DNA of 64,000 nucleotides from an uncultured Candidatus Saccharibacteria bacterium (GTDB taxonomy: Bacteria > Patescibacteriota > Minisyncoccia > JBAYJV01): assembly GCA_964577395.1 (NCBI GenBank), contig CAZNYQ010000006.1:7155-71154 (forward strand). Reading direction: 5' to 3'. The first letter of the stretch is position 1; every line of letters starts with the position of its first letter. The notes under the pieces were generated by a model, which saw only the letters and a program-made list of their open reading frames with translations, made no database searches and had not been told where the DNA came from. Positions 47,606-57,326 of the stretch are shown here, one piece after another. The position numbers and the translations under genes were made by a program.

Positions 47606-48487
47606 ATGAAATCACTTCATAAAAAAAGAATCGGTATATTAGGTAAAGGTGGTAGCGGTAAGAGTACAATAACTGTTTTGCTATCTAAAATATTTGCAAA
47701 ACAAGGTTATACTGTTGTTGTTTTAGACGCTGATTCAACTAATATAGGTCTCTATAAAGCATTAGGATTTAAAAAAGCGCCTCGTTCAATGATGGAATAT
47801 TTTGGTGGCACTACTTTTGGCGGCGGTTTAGTAACATGTCCGGTTGATGACCCTACTTTCTTACCTAAAGCAAAAATATCTCTTGAGAAAATTTCTTGTG
47901 CCTATTATGTAAAAAACCAGCAAGGAATCTTGTTATTTGTTTTAGGTAAGATAGGCGATAAGGGTCCAGGATCTGGATGTGATGGACCTATCTCAAAGAT
48001 TACTAGAGATTTAACAATATCTGATGCCGGTGATAATGTTATTACTCTTATAGATCTTAAGGCTGGTCTCGAAGATTCTGCAAGGGGTGTTATTACTAGC
48101 TTAGATGGCATTATTACAGTTGTTGATCCTACGAATGCTGCTATTCAGATAGCAAAAGATATTCAGGTAACTATTAATCAGATTAAGGAAGGTGTTCCTC
48201 CATCTACAGATCATTTAAAAGATATTGCTTTAGTTAATGTTGCCCGGGAAATGTTTCGAAAGGCAAAGATAAAAGATAGTTTTGTTATTCTTAATAAAAT
48301 AGATAACCAAAACACAGAAAAATATTTAAAAGATGCATTGAAAAATTTAAAAATTTTAGGGACCCTTCCAAAAGATCCAATAATTACGTCAGCTTGGCTT
48401 AGAGGAACTGTCCTTAAAGAAACTTTTTTTCACGATGCTTTACGGGAGATTATTGCTAATTTAGAAATGGAATTTAAAGAAAATTAA
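47606..48487 (+). CDS. MinD/ParA/CooC-family (SIMIBI) P-loop ATPase
   Basis: Deviant Walker A GILGKGGSGKST and an LDAD segment. Confidence 0.6.
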   Translation: MKSLHKKRIGILGKGGSGKSTITVLLSKIFAKQGYTVVVLDADSTNIGLYKALGFKKAPRSMMEYFGGTTFGGGLVTCPVDDPTFLPKAKISLEKISCAYYVKNQQGILLFVLGKIGDKGPGSGCDGPISKITRDLTISDAGDNVITLIDLKAGLEDSARGVITSLDGIITVVDPTNAAIQIAKDIQVTINQIKEGVPPSTDHLKDIALVNVAREMFRKAKIKDSFVILNKIDNQNTEKYLKDALKNLKILGTLPKDPIITSAWLRGTVLKETFFHDALREIIANLEMEFKEN

Positions 48488-48529
48488 TATTGAAAAATTA
48501 GTTTAAATTCACATATTTTTTATAGGGGG

Positions 48530-48557
48530 TTGACAAACAAATCTTGTGCGTTAAAAT
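48530..48557 (+). promoter_or_regulatory. Candidate sigma-70 promoter for rpoBC, followed by a ~240-nt leader
   Basis: TTGACA-16 nt-TAAAAT. The long 5' UTR has small hairpins (cgtt/aacg). Confidence 0.45.
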
Positions 48558-48796
48558 GTAAAAAGTAAAGAAAATATATACAATCCCAAGCGGAGGTTAA
48601 GTTTGGATACCTTAATCTTGCCGTTTTTGGTTTTTATCCATGTATTTTTACCTCAAAGCTCATCATCTTCTTTTTATATATCTAGAGCTTTAGGAATAAA
48701 GCTTACTAATGATTAAAACTGAGCTTTCTCAATTGTCTTTATAGTAAAAGCCTAATCGTTTAATTCGAACGAGGGCCTTTTGTTTATTATATTAAT

Positions 48797-51700
48797 ATGG
48801 TTAAAGAGAAAAAGTTTTCTAGTTTTCCAAAAAAAAGACTCCCGCTTCCTAATCTAATTGAAATTCAATTAGATTCATATAAATGGTTTTTTGAGAAAGG
48901 ACTTCGAGATTTATTTCAAGAGATTTCCCCTATTACTGATTACTCAGGCAAAGAGCTTGAGTTATCTTTTCTTAACTATCATTTAGGTAAGCCTAAGTAC
49001 GATGAGATTGAAGCGCGTAATCATAATGCTTCTTATGAAGCGCCCTTAAGAGTAAGGCTTAGCCTAAAGAATAAAAAAACAGGCGAGATTAAAGAACAAG
49101 ATGTCTTTATGGGAGACTTTCCTTTAATGACAGACAGAGGTACTTTCATTCTTAATGGAGTAGAAAGAGTTATTGTTTCTCAATTAACACGTTCACCGGG
49201 CGTGTTTTTTAATTCTCGTTATGAAAACGGAAGACATTATTTTGGAGCTAAAGTTATCCCTAATAGAGGAGCTTGGCTAGAATTTGAAACAAGTAATCGC
49301 CATGTTTTAACTGTTAAGGTTGATCGTAAGAGAAAAATTCCAGTCACTGCTTTTCTGAAAGCTTTTTCAGCTATTTGTGATGGAGAAAAACCCCTCATTA
49401 ATTCAGGTAAACATATTAAAGAAATCTTTCGAGGGTCAACTAAAACCGATGAGATTAACTATATTGAAAATACGCTTGAAAAAGACAATACCTCTGATCA
49501 AAAGGAAGGTCTTATTGAGGTATATAAGAGGGTCAGACCAGGCGAACTAGCTACAGTTGATAATGCAAAATCTCTCTTAAAGGCAATGTTTAGTTTTGAA
49601 AGATATGATTTATCAGAGGTAGGTCGTTGGAAAACTCGCCAACGTCTAGGTGGAGATTCTAAAAATCAGCAGATTAAAGTTAATGATAGAGTGCTTTCTA
49701 CCAAAGATATTGTTTCAATTATTAAAGAAATTATTCGTTTAAATAATACCCCTGGAGCAGAGCCTGATGATATCGATCATTTAAGTAATCGTCGTGTTAA
49801 ATGTGTAGGAGAATTACTTCAAAATCGCGTTCAAGTTGGTCTTGCCCGTGCTATTAGAATTATTAAAGATAGAATGAGTACTTTAGATATTTATACCTTA
49901 ACACCTGCTCAGTTAGTTAACGTAAGACCGTTAACTAGTGTTGTAAGAGAGTTTTTTATTTCTTCTCGTCTATCTCAATTTATGGACCAGATTAATCCTT
50001 TAGCAGAGTTAGAGCATAAGAGACGTATTTCAGCTATGGGTCCAGGTGGTTTAACAAAAGAGAGAGCTGGCTTTGCAGTACGCGATGTTCATCCATCTCA
50101 TTATGGCCGTCTTTGTCCTATTCAAACACCCGAAGGTCCTAACATTGGATTAGTGAATCATATCTCAACTTATGCTTCTTTAAATAAATATGGTTTTTTA
50201 ATTACTCCTTATTGGAAAGTTAATAACGGTCGTGTGACAAATAAAATTGAATATTTAACAGCTGGCAAAGAAGAAAAGAGCGTTATTTCGCACGCAAGTG
50301 AACCATTAGACAGTCAGGGTCATTTTAAAAACAAAAAAATCGAGGCACGCGTAAAAGGTAATCCTCGTTTAATTAAGAATTCTAGAGTGGAATATATGGA
50401 TGTTGCGCCTAATCAAGCTATTTCTGTAGCAACTTCTTTAATTCCCTTTCTTGAGCACGATGATGCCAACAGAGCCTTAATGGGATCAAACATGCAACGC
50501 CAAGCAGTTTCTTGTATTAATCCAGAAGCTCCTCTAGTAGGTACAGGCATGGAGCATAGAACAGCTATTGATTCAGGAATGATTGTAATTGCTCAAGAAG
50601 CAGGCGTAGTTCAAAAAGCTGATGCTCATCAAATTATTGTACGCAATACCCGCACTAAAAAAGATAAAACTTATCTTTTAGCTAATTTTAGAAGATCTAA
50701 TCAATATAGCTGTATTCATCAATGTAGTTTAGTTACTAAAGGTGATCGTATTAAAAAAGGCCAGGTTCTAGCAGAGGGTCCCGCGATTGATGGTGATGTG
50801 CTAGCTTTAGGTCAAAATTTATTAGTTGCTTTTATGTCTTGGGAAGGTTTTAATTTTGAAGATGCTGTCATTATTTCTGAGAAAGTTGTTAAAGAAGATC
50901 GTTTCAGTTCAATCCATATAGAGGATTTCATTATTGATGTACGAGATACTCGTCTTGGACCTGAAATGACCACACCTGATATTCCTAATGTTGGAGAGGA
51001 GCGCTTGAAAGACCTTGATGAAGAAGGAGTTATTCGAGTAGGAGCTGAGGTAAAGCAGGGCGACATCTTAGTAGGCAAAATTTCTCCTAAAGGAGAGACA
51101 GATCTCACCTCAGAGGAAAGACTTTTACGTTCCATTTTTGGAGAGAAAGCACGTGATGTTAAGGATAGCTCTCTTACATTACCTCATGGTAAGCAAGGTA
51201 GAGTAATTGGCGTAAGAACCTTCTCCCAAGAAAATGGAGATAAACTGCCTTCTGGAGTGATTAAAAGTGTTCAAGTTGAAGTAGCGCAGCTTAAAAAAAT
51301 TCAAGTGGGCGATAAATTAGCAGGACGTCATGGTAATAAGGGAGTCATTTCTAAAATCTTATCAGAGGAAGATATGCCTCATTTAGCTGATGGCACACCA
51401 GTTGATATTATTTTAAATCCTTTAGGCGTAGCTTCTCGAATGAATATTGGTCAGATTTTAGAAACACATTTAGGTATGGTAGCTCAAAAATTAGGTTATC
51501 GCGCTTTAACGCCTGTTCTAGCTGGTGTTAAGGAAGATGAAATTGCTCAAGAGATGACAAAAGCTGGCTATGATCAAACTGGTAAATTTAATCTTTATGA
51601 CGGAAGAACGGGATCAATGTTTCATCAGCCTGTTACGGTTGGCTATATCTACATAATGAAACTGAATCACTTAGTAAGCGATAAGATTCATATGAGATCT

Positions 51701-52009
51701 ATTGGTCCTTATTCTTTAATTACACAACAGCCCTTAGGAGGCAAATCTCAGTTTGGCGGACAGCGTTTTGGAGAAATGGAAGTTTGGGCTTTAGAAGGAC
51801 ATGGTACAGCTCATGCTTTACAAGAAATGCTAACCATTAAATCTGATGATGTTTTAGGAAGAGCAGCTGCTTACGAATCTATTATTCGAGGTCAGGATAT
51901 TAAAAATCCCAATATTCCAGCCTCCTTCAATGTTTTATTAAATGAAATTAAAGGGCTTGGTTTTTCAGTTGACTTACTTGGTAAAAAAGTCGCTAAAAAA
52001 GGCAATTAA
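48797..52009 (+). CDS. rpoB: DNA-directed RNA polymerase beta subunit (compact, 1070 aa)
   Basis: Conserved RpoB blocks throughout, including the rifampicin-cluster region and the C-terminal GGQRFGEMEVWALE. Confidence 0.97.
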   Translation: MVKEKKFSSFPKKRLPLPNLIEIQLDSYKWFFEKGLRDLFQEISPITDYSGKELELSFLNYHLGKPKYDEIEARNHNASYEAPLRVRLSLKNKKTGEIKEQDVFMGDFPLMTDRGTFILNGVERVIVSQLTRSPGVFFNSRYENGRHYFGAKVIPNRGAWLEFETSNRHVLTVKVDRKRKIPVTAFLKAFSAICDGEKPLINSGKHIKEIFRGSTKTDEINYIENTLEKDNTSDQKEGLIEVYKRVRPGELATVDNAKSLLKAMFSFERYDLSEVGRWKTRQRLGGDSKNQQIKVNDRVLSTKDIVSIIKEIIRLNNTPGAEPDDIDHLSNRRVKCVGELLQNRVQVGLARAIRIIKDRMSTLDIYTLTPAQLVNVRPLTSVVREFFISSRLSQFMDQINPLAELEHKRRISAMGPGGLTKERAGFAVRDVHPSHYGRLCPIQTPEGPNIGLVNHISTYASLNKYGFLITPYWKVNNGRVTNKIEYLTAGKEEKSVISHASEPLDSQGHFKNKKIEARVKGNPRLIKNSRVEYMDVAPNQAISVATSLIPFLEHDDANRALMGSNMQRQAVSCINPEAPLVGTGMEHRTAIDSGMIVIAQEAGVVQKADAHQIIVRNTRTKKDKTYLLANFRRSNQYSCIHQCSLVTKGDRIKKGQVLAEGPAIDGDVLALGQNLLVAFMSWEGFNFEDAVIISEKVVKEDRFSSIHIEDFIIDVRDTRLGPEMTTPDIPNVGEERLKDLDEEGVIRVGAEVKQGDILVGKISPKGETDLTSEERLLRSIFGEKARDVKDSSLTLPHGKQGRVIGVRTFSQENGDKLPSGVIKSVQVEVAQLKKIQVGDKLAGRHGNKGVISKILSEEDMPHLADGTPVDIILNPLGVASRMNIGQILETHLGMVAQKLGYRALTPVLAGVKEDEIAQEMTKAGYDQTGKFNLYDGRTGSMFHQPVTVGYIYIMKLNHLVSDKIHMRSIGPYSLITQQPLGGKSQFGGQRFGEMEVWALEGHGTAHALQEMLTIKSDDVLGRAAAYESIIRGQDIKNPNIPASFNVLLNEIKGLGFSVDLLGKKVAKKGN

Positions 52010-52028
52010 ATAATATTTTAATAAATTT

Positions 52029-55000
52029 ATGATAGAAGAATCAATTCATGATTTTGATGCTCTGAAGCTTAAAATTGCTTCTCCGGAAGAGATATTAGCA
52101 TGGTCTCATGGAGAGGTAACTAAGCCAGAGACAATTAATTATAGAACTCACAGAGCTGAACGTGATGGCCTTTTTTGTGAACGTATTTTTGGGCCGGAAA
52201 AAGATTATGAATGTTACTGTGGCAAGTATAAAAAGATCCGCTATAAAGGAGTAGTGTGTGATAAATGTGGAGTTGAAGTGACTTCTTCATCAGTTAGGCG
52301 AGAAAGAATGGGTCATATTAGCTTAGCTGTGCCTGTTTCCCATATTTGGTTTTTAAGGGGCATTCCTTCCAAAATGAGTCTCTTTTTAGATATTTCTATT
52401 AAAAAATTAGAACGTGTTATCTATTTTACAAGTTATGTCATTATCAGCGTTGATGATGAAGCAAAGGCGGAAGCCTTAAAGAACGTCAGCTCTGAATTTA
52501 AAAAGAAGAGAAAAGAGTTGAAAAATTCTAAAGATTTAAGCGATAAACAACTTAAAAAAGCTTTAGCAGATCTTGAGATTGATTACAAAAAAGCCCGTGA
52601 TGAGGTAAATAGTCTCCAAAAAGGCCAGATTCTTTCAGAAGCAGATTATTATCATTTAAGCCGTAAATACGGCGAGATTTTTGAAGCAGGTATTGGGGCA
52701 GAAGCTTTAAGAAAGATGATGGAAAATATTAATCTTGAGGAACGCCAAAAAATATTGCAGAGCCAACTAGAAAAGGCAACCAAAAATCAGAGAAAAAGAT
52801 TATTGCACAAATCTCAATTAGTGGAAAGTTTTTTAAGAAATGAGATGCGGCCTGAATGGATGCTGTTAACAGTTATTCCTGTAATTCCGCCTGATTTAAG
52901 GCCTATGGTCCAGTTAGATGGAGGACGTTTTGCAACCTCGGATGTCAATGATCTATATCGCCGGGTTATCAATCGCAATAACCGCTTAAAGAGATTAAAA
53001 GATCTTAAAGCGCCTGAGGTAATTTTACGTAATGAAAAAAGAATGTTGCAAGAAGCTGTGGATGCTTTAATTGATAATTCAGCGCGTAAAGGCAAAGAAG
53101 TAAGAACATCAGGTGCTCAAAGTCGTGTTCTTAAATCTTTAGCAGATATGCTTAAGGGTAAGCAGGGACGTTTTCGCCAGAATCTTTTAGGTAAACGAGT
53201 TGATTATTCCGGCCGGTCAGTTATTATAGTTGGTCCTGAGCTTAGCCTAGATGAATGCGGCGTACCTAAGAAAATGGCTTTAGAAATTTTTAAACCTTTT
53301 GTTATTAATAAATTAATTTACGAGAAAGAACTTGTTGCTAATATTAAAGCAGCTAGTCGTTTTGTTGAAGAAGAGTCAGAAGAAGTTTGGGATACCCTAG
53401 AAGAAGTTATTCAAGGTAAGTACATTTTACTTAATCGTGCGCCTACCCTTCATCGTTTAAGTATTCAAGCTTTTAAGATTATTTTGATTGAAGGTAGTGC
53501 AATTAAACTACATCCTTTAGTTTGTCAGGCTTTTAACGCTGATTTTGATGGCGATCAAATGGCACTTCATTTACCTTTATCAGAAGCAGCTCAACAAGAA
53601 GCACGTAATTTGATGAGTGCATCAGCTAATCTTTTAAAACCAGCAACTGGCCAACCTATTGTAAGTGCTACGCAAGATATTGTTTTAGGAATTTATTGGA
53701 TGACAGAAATTGAACAAGGTGCTCCTGGAGAAGGTACTATCTTTAGTTCACCTGAGGAAGCACGTTTTGCCTATAAGCAAGGTAAGATTAAATTAAGAAC
53801 TAAGATTAAAATACCTTGTGCTAAGAAAGATGGTCAGATTATCGAGACAACCCTAGGCAGAGTAATTTTTAACGAAAAGATGCCAGCTACTTTTCCTTTT
53901 TACAATAAAACTTTAGACAAAAAGGCTTTAAAAAAGATCTTTGCTGATATTATTGATAAATATGATAATACCAAAGTAGCAGAGTTGCTTGATGATATTA
54001 AAAGATTGGGTTTTCATTATTCAACAAAATCAGGCATTAGCTGGGGCTATAAAGACCTTATTACTCCTCCAGAAAAACCAGCTATTCTAGTGGCAGCTCA
54101 AAAGAAAGTGGATGAATTTAACCTTCATTACCGTGAAGGATTATTAACGGACGAGGAAAGAAAAACTAAAGTTATTGACACATGGTTTGAGGCAATTGAT
54201 AAAATATCTAGTCTTGTTCCTAAGGCTTTACCTAAAGAAGGATCTATTTATCATATTTTTGCTTCAGGTTCACGTGGTTCTTGGGGACAAACAACCCAGA
54301 TGTCAGGTATTAAGGGATTAGTTATTAATCCAGCTTCGGAAATTATTGAATTGCCAGTTATTTCTAATTTTAAAGAAGGTTTTAATGCTTTAGAATACTT
54401 TATTTCCACTCATGGAGCTCGAAAAGGAACAACAGATACAGCACTTAAGACAGCGGCAGCTGGATATTTAACGCGTCGTTTGATTGATGTTTGTCAAGAT
54501 ATTATTATTCAAGAGCATGACTGTGGAGATAATGAAGGTATTACAATGTATCTTAAAGATAGTGAAGATATTGGATTAGGTTTTGATAGTCGCTTAGTAG
54601 GGCGTGTTATCTTAGAAGATATAAAACAGAATGGTAAAATTATCGCTAAAAAGAATGAATTAGTTGACAAAAGAACAGCTGAAAAGATTGCTGCCACAGG
54701 CATTAAAAAAATTCAAGTTCGTTCACCATTAACTTGCAAAGCTAAACATGGTTTATGTCAGAAATGTTTTGGGTACGACCTAGGAAAAAATAAATTGGCT
54801 GAGATTGGAACTGCCGTTGGTATTATTACTGCTCAATCTATTGGTGAGCCGGGAACTCAGTTGACAATGAGAACTTTTCATGCTGGTGGTGTTGCCGGTG
54901 AAGGAGATATTACGCAGGGATTGCCTCGTGTTGAAGAAATTTTGGAAATCCGTTCTCCTCATGAGCAAGCTCTTATTGCAGATGTTGATGGTAAAGTAGT

Positions 55001-55679
55001 CAAAGTTAAAAAGATTGGTGATAAGCAAGAACTTGTGATTGATAAAAGTGAAGAATTACTTGATGACAAAAAAATTGCTAAAAAATCACTCAAAACTAAA
55101 AAAGAGAAAAATAGAAGGACTTATACCTTACCTATCAATAAAAGAATTTTAGTTAAAGAAGGTGAATTAATTAGCAAAGGACAGCAATTAACAGATGGAC
55201 ACTTAGACCTTAAAACGCTTTATCGTCTTAGAAATAAAAAGGATGTTCAGCGCTATATCATTCGTGAAATTCAAGATATCTATTTCTTTCAAGGGGCTGC
55301 GATTGATGAAAGATATATTGAAGTAGTGGCGCGTAAAATGTTTTCTCGCATTCGTGTTTTAGACAGCGGTAAAACAGATCTTTTAGTGGGCGATGTTGTT
55401 GCAAGAACTGTTTTTGATGAAGCCAATTCTCATTTTCCTGCCAAAGACCAAGCTAAAGGAAAAGAATTGCTGATGGGGATTACCAAAGTATCCCTATCAA
55501 GCGAGAGTTTTCTTTCAGCTGCTTCTTTCCAAGAGACAGCTAAGGTCTTGATAAATGCTGCTTCTAGTGGTAGGGTAGATGAACTGAAAGGCTTGAAAGA
55601 AAATGTCATTATTGGTAAATTGATTCCTGCTGGCACAGGCTTTCAAAATAAGAAGTTAAATATAAATAAAAAAAAGTAA
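52029..55679 (+). CDS. rpoC: DNA-directed RNA polymerase beta' subunit
   Basis: Zn finger CYCGKYKKIRYKGVVCDKCG and the catalytic NADFDGDQM. Confidence 0.97.
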   Translation: MIEESIHDFDALKLKIASPEEILAWSHGEVTKPETINYRTHRAERDGLFCERIFGPEKDYECYCGKYKKIRYKGVVCDKCGVEVTSSSVRRERMGHISLAVPVSHIWFLRGIPSKMSLFLDISIKKLERVIYFTSYVIISVDDEAKAEALKNVSSEFKKKRKELKNSKDLSDKQLKKALADLEIDYKKARDEVNSLQKGQILSEADYYHLSRKYGEIFEAGIGAEALRKMMENINLEERQKILQSQLEKATKNQRKRLLHKSQLVESFLRNEMRPEWMLLTVIPVIPPDLRPMVQLDGGRFATSDVNDLYRRVINRNNRLKRLKDLKAPEVILRNEKRMLQEAVDALIDNSARKGKEVRTSGAQSRVLKSLADMLKGKQGRFRQNLLGKRVDYSGRSVIIVGPELSLDECGVPKKMALEIFKPFVINKLIYEKELVANIKAASRFVEEESEEVWDTLEEVIQGKYILLNRAPTLHRLSIQAFKIILIEGSAIKLHPLVCQAFNADFDGDQMALHLPLSEAAQQEARNLMSASANLLKPATGQPIVSATQDIVLGIYWMTEIEQGAPGEGTIFSSPEEARFAYKQGKIKLRTKIKIPCAKKDGQIIETTLGRVIFNEKMPATFPFYNKTLDKKALKKIFADIIDKYDNTKVAELLDDIKRLGFHYSTKSGISWGYKDLITPPEKPAILVAAQKKVDEFNLHYREGLLTDEERKTKVIDTWFEAIDKISSLVPKALPKEGSIYHIFASGSRGSWGQTTQMSGIKGLVINPASEIIELPVISNFKEGFNALEYFISTHGARKGTTDTALKTAAAGYLTRRLIDVCQDIIIQEHDCGDNEGITMYLKDSEDIGLGFDSRLVGRVILEDIKQNGKIIAKKNELVDKRTAEKIAATGIKKIQVRSPLTCKAKHGLCQKCFGYDLGKNKLAEIGTAVGIITAQSIGEPGTQLTMRTFHAGGVAGEGDITQGLPRVEEILEIRSPHEQALIADVDGKVVKVKKIGDKQELVIDKSEELLDDKKIAKKSLKTKKEKNRRTYTLPINKRILVKEGELISKGQQLTDGHLDLKTLYRLRNKKDVQRYIIREIQDIYFFQGAAIDERYIEVVARKMFSRIRVLDSGKTDLLVGDVVARTVFDEANSHFPAKDQAKGKELLMGITKVSLSSESFLSAASFQETAKVLINAASSGRVDELKGLKENVIIGKLIPAGTGFQNKKLNINKKK

Positions 55680-55682
55680 ATA

Positions 55683-56273
55683 TTGTCTATGATAAATAAA
55701 TCTCAAAAAAGTTTTAATTCAAAAAAGAATTTCCAACAAGAATCAGAGTATGATAAGGAAATTTTAGATATCGCGCGTGTAACAAGGATTGTTGCCGGAG
55801 GCCGTCGTTTTAGTTTTAGAGCTACTGTAGCGGCAGGTAATAAAAATGGTTTGATTGGAGTAGGAGTCGGTAAGGGAAAAGATGTGGCTCAATCAATTAA
55901 TAAAGCTTTTAAGAAAGCTCAAAAAGATATGGTTAATGTTGATAGGGAGAATGGTACTATTCCAGTTGATATTATTGGTAAATTTAAAAGTACACGTGTT
56001 CTCTTAAAGCCTGCTCGTCGAGGTAGAGGTTTGATTGCTGGAGGAGCTGTTAGGGCTCTATGTAACTTAGCAGGGATTGAAAATATTTCTGCTAAAGTTT
56101 TGAGCCGTGGTAATAATAAATTAAATATTGCCCGAGCTACCCTAAATGCTTTTCAGAAAATTAATCAATTTAAATTAAGACTGGCAAATATTAAGAAAAA
56201 AGATCAAATTAAAGAAAACCCAACAGGTAATAAGCAAACTGCTAAAAAAGAAAGTTCTAAAAGCAGTAAATAA
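55683..56273 (+). CDS. rpsE: Ribosomal protein S5
   Basis: GGRRFSFRATVAAGNKNGLIGVGVGKGKDV matches S5. It lies directly after rpoC. Confidence 0.9.
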   Translation: MSMINKSQKSFNSKKNFQQESEYDKEILDIARVTRIVAGGRRFSFRATVAAGNKNGLIGVGVGKGKDVAQSINKAFKKAQKDMVNVDRENGTIPVDIIGKFKSTRVLLKPARRGRGLIAGGAVRALCNLAGIENISAKVLSRGNNKLNIARATLNAFQKINQFKLRLANIKKKDQIKENPTGNKQTAKKESSKSSK

Positions 56274-56282
56274 AAAATATTT

Positions 56283-56864
56283 ATGCAAATTCACGAATTA
56301 AAAATTAATCATAAAAGAAAAAGAAAGAAAAGAATTGGTCGAGGAGGTAAGAAAGGAACTTTTTCAGGACGCGGCGTTAAAGGACAAAAAGCGCGCGCTG
56401 GTTCAACACCTAGACCTGCTTTACGGGATATTATTAAGAAATTTCCCAAAAAGCGTGGTTATACCTTTAATACTTTAAAGAAAAAACCAGCAATTTTAAA
56501 TCTTGGAACATTAAATGAGAAATTTTCTGATGGTGATATTATTGATTTAAAAACTTTAATTAAAAAGGGGCTTGTCAAGAAACAAACTCGCCAAGTTAAA
56601 ATTTTAGGACAAGGGGAATTAGCTAAAAAATTAAATTTTAAAGGTAGGTTTGCTTTTTCGTCATCTGCGCGGGCTAAAATTGAAAAAGCCAAAGGTAATA
56701 TTATTATCCAGGAAAAGAAAAGATCAACCTTACCTAAGAAAGAAAGGCAAAAAGCTAAGAAAAAGACAGTTGTTCGTAAAAAGCCTCGAAAGACAACCGA
56801 AGCTAACAAGAAAAAGTTAAATAAAGTTAAAAAAACTGCTAAAAAAAAGACAAGCAAGAAGTAA
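56283..56864 (+). CDS. rplO: Ribosomal protein L15 with a long Lys-rich C-terminal tail
   Basis: RIGRGGKKGTFSGRGVKGQKARAG matches L15. There is no L30 gene between S5 and L15. Confidence 0.9.
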   Translation: MQIHELKINHKRKRKKRIGRGGKKGTFSGRGVKGQKARAGSTPRPALRDIIKKFPKKRGYTFNTLKKKPAILNLGTLNEKFSDGDIIDLKTLIKKGLVKKQTRQVKILGQGELAKKLNFKGRFAFSSSARAKIEKAKGNIIIQEKKRSTLPKKERQKAKKKTVVRKKPRKTTEANKKKLNKVKKTAKKKTSKK

Positions 56865-56873
56865 AAATATTTT

Positions 56874-56906
56874 AAGAAAGAACTTGTTTTACAAGTTCTT
56901 TTTTTA
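56874..56906 (+). terminator. Rho-independent terminator after rplO
   Basis: Stem agaacttgt/acaagttct followed by T7. Confidence 0.6.
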
Positions 56907-56978
56907 ATTTAATTCATATTAAGCATTGACTTAATACTATTTTTATATTAGGATAATAAATATTAAAGGAGGTGAGTT

Positions 56979-57146
56979 ATGGCAAGAAAAGTAACTGAAA
57001 ACCATATTTCCTTTCAAATTCCTAAAAAGAAAATGGAAAAGAAAATTGTGCCTCGGTTACAGAGAATTGCTCAAAAGAGAGATAGATCTTTTAGCTATAT
57101 CGTAATTGAAGCACTTTTACAATACCTTGAACAGCAAAAACAATAG
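56979..57146 (+). CDS. 55-aa ribbon-helix-helix (CopG/Arc-like) protein, absent from the ORF track
   Basis: SD AAAGGAGGTG before the ATG. MARKVTENHISFQIPKKKMEKKIVPRLQRIAQKRDRSFSYIVIEALLQYLEQQKQ has the RHH beta-strand and two helices. A strong terminator follows at 57152-57179. Confidence 0.55.
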   Translation: MARKVTENHISFQIPKKKMEKKIVPRLQRIAQKRDRSFSYIVIEALLQYLEQQKQ

Positions 57147-57151
57147 AGTAT

Positions 57152-57179
57152 AGCTCGCGCATAATGCGCGAGCTTTTTT
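57152..57179 (+). terminator. Rho-independent terminator
   Basis: Perfect GC-rich 9-bp stem agctcgcgc/gcgcgagct followed by T5. Confidence 0.65.
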
Positions 57180-57326
57180 AGATATATATATAAAATTAGA
57201 AAAGGCATTTACTAATTTCTATCGTCGTATTTATATTTATATTTTTTGTTTTGATAAAATATGATATAATAAAACTATCAAGCTAAATTGATAATATTTT
57301 GCTTTTAATAAAATTTTAATATATAT

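Noticed and set aside
50812-55636. Several 60-107-aa minus-strand ORFs inside rpoB and rpoC
   Set aside because: They are antisense to highly conserved RNAP genes, with no independent support.
56459-56857. 132-aa minus-strand ORF
   Set aside because: It is antisense to rplO (L15), which has unmistakable family motifs. It is a K-codon-mirror artefact (poly-F/L).
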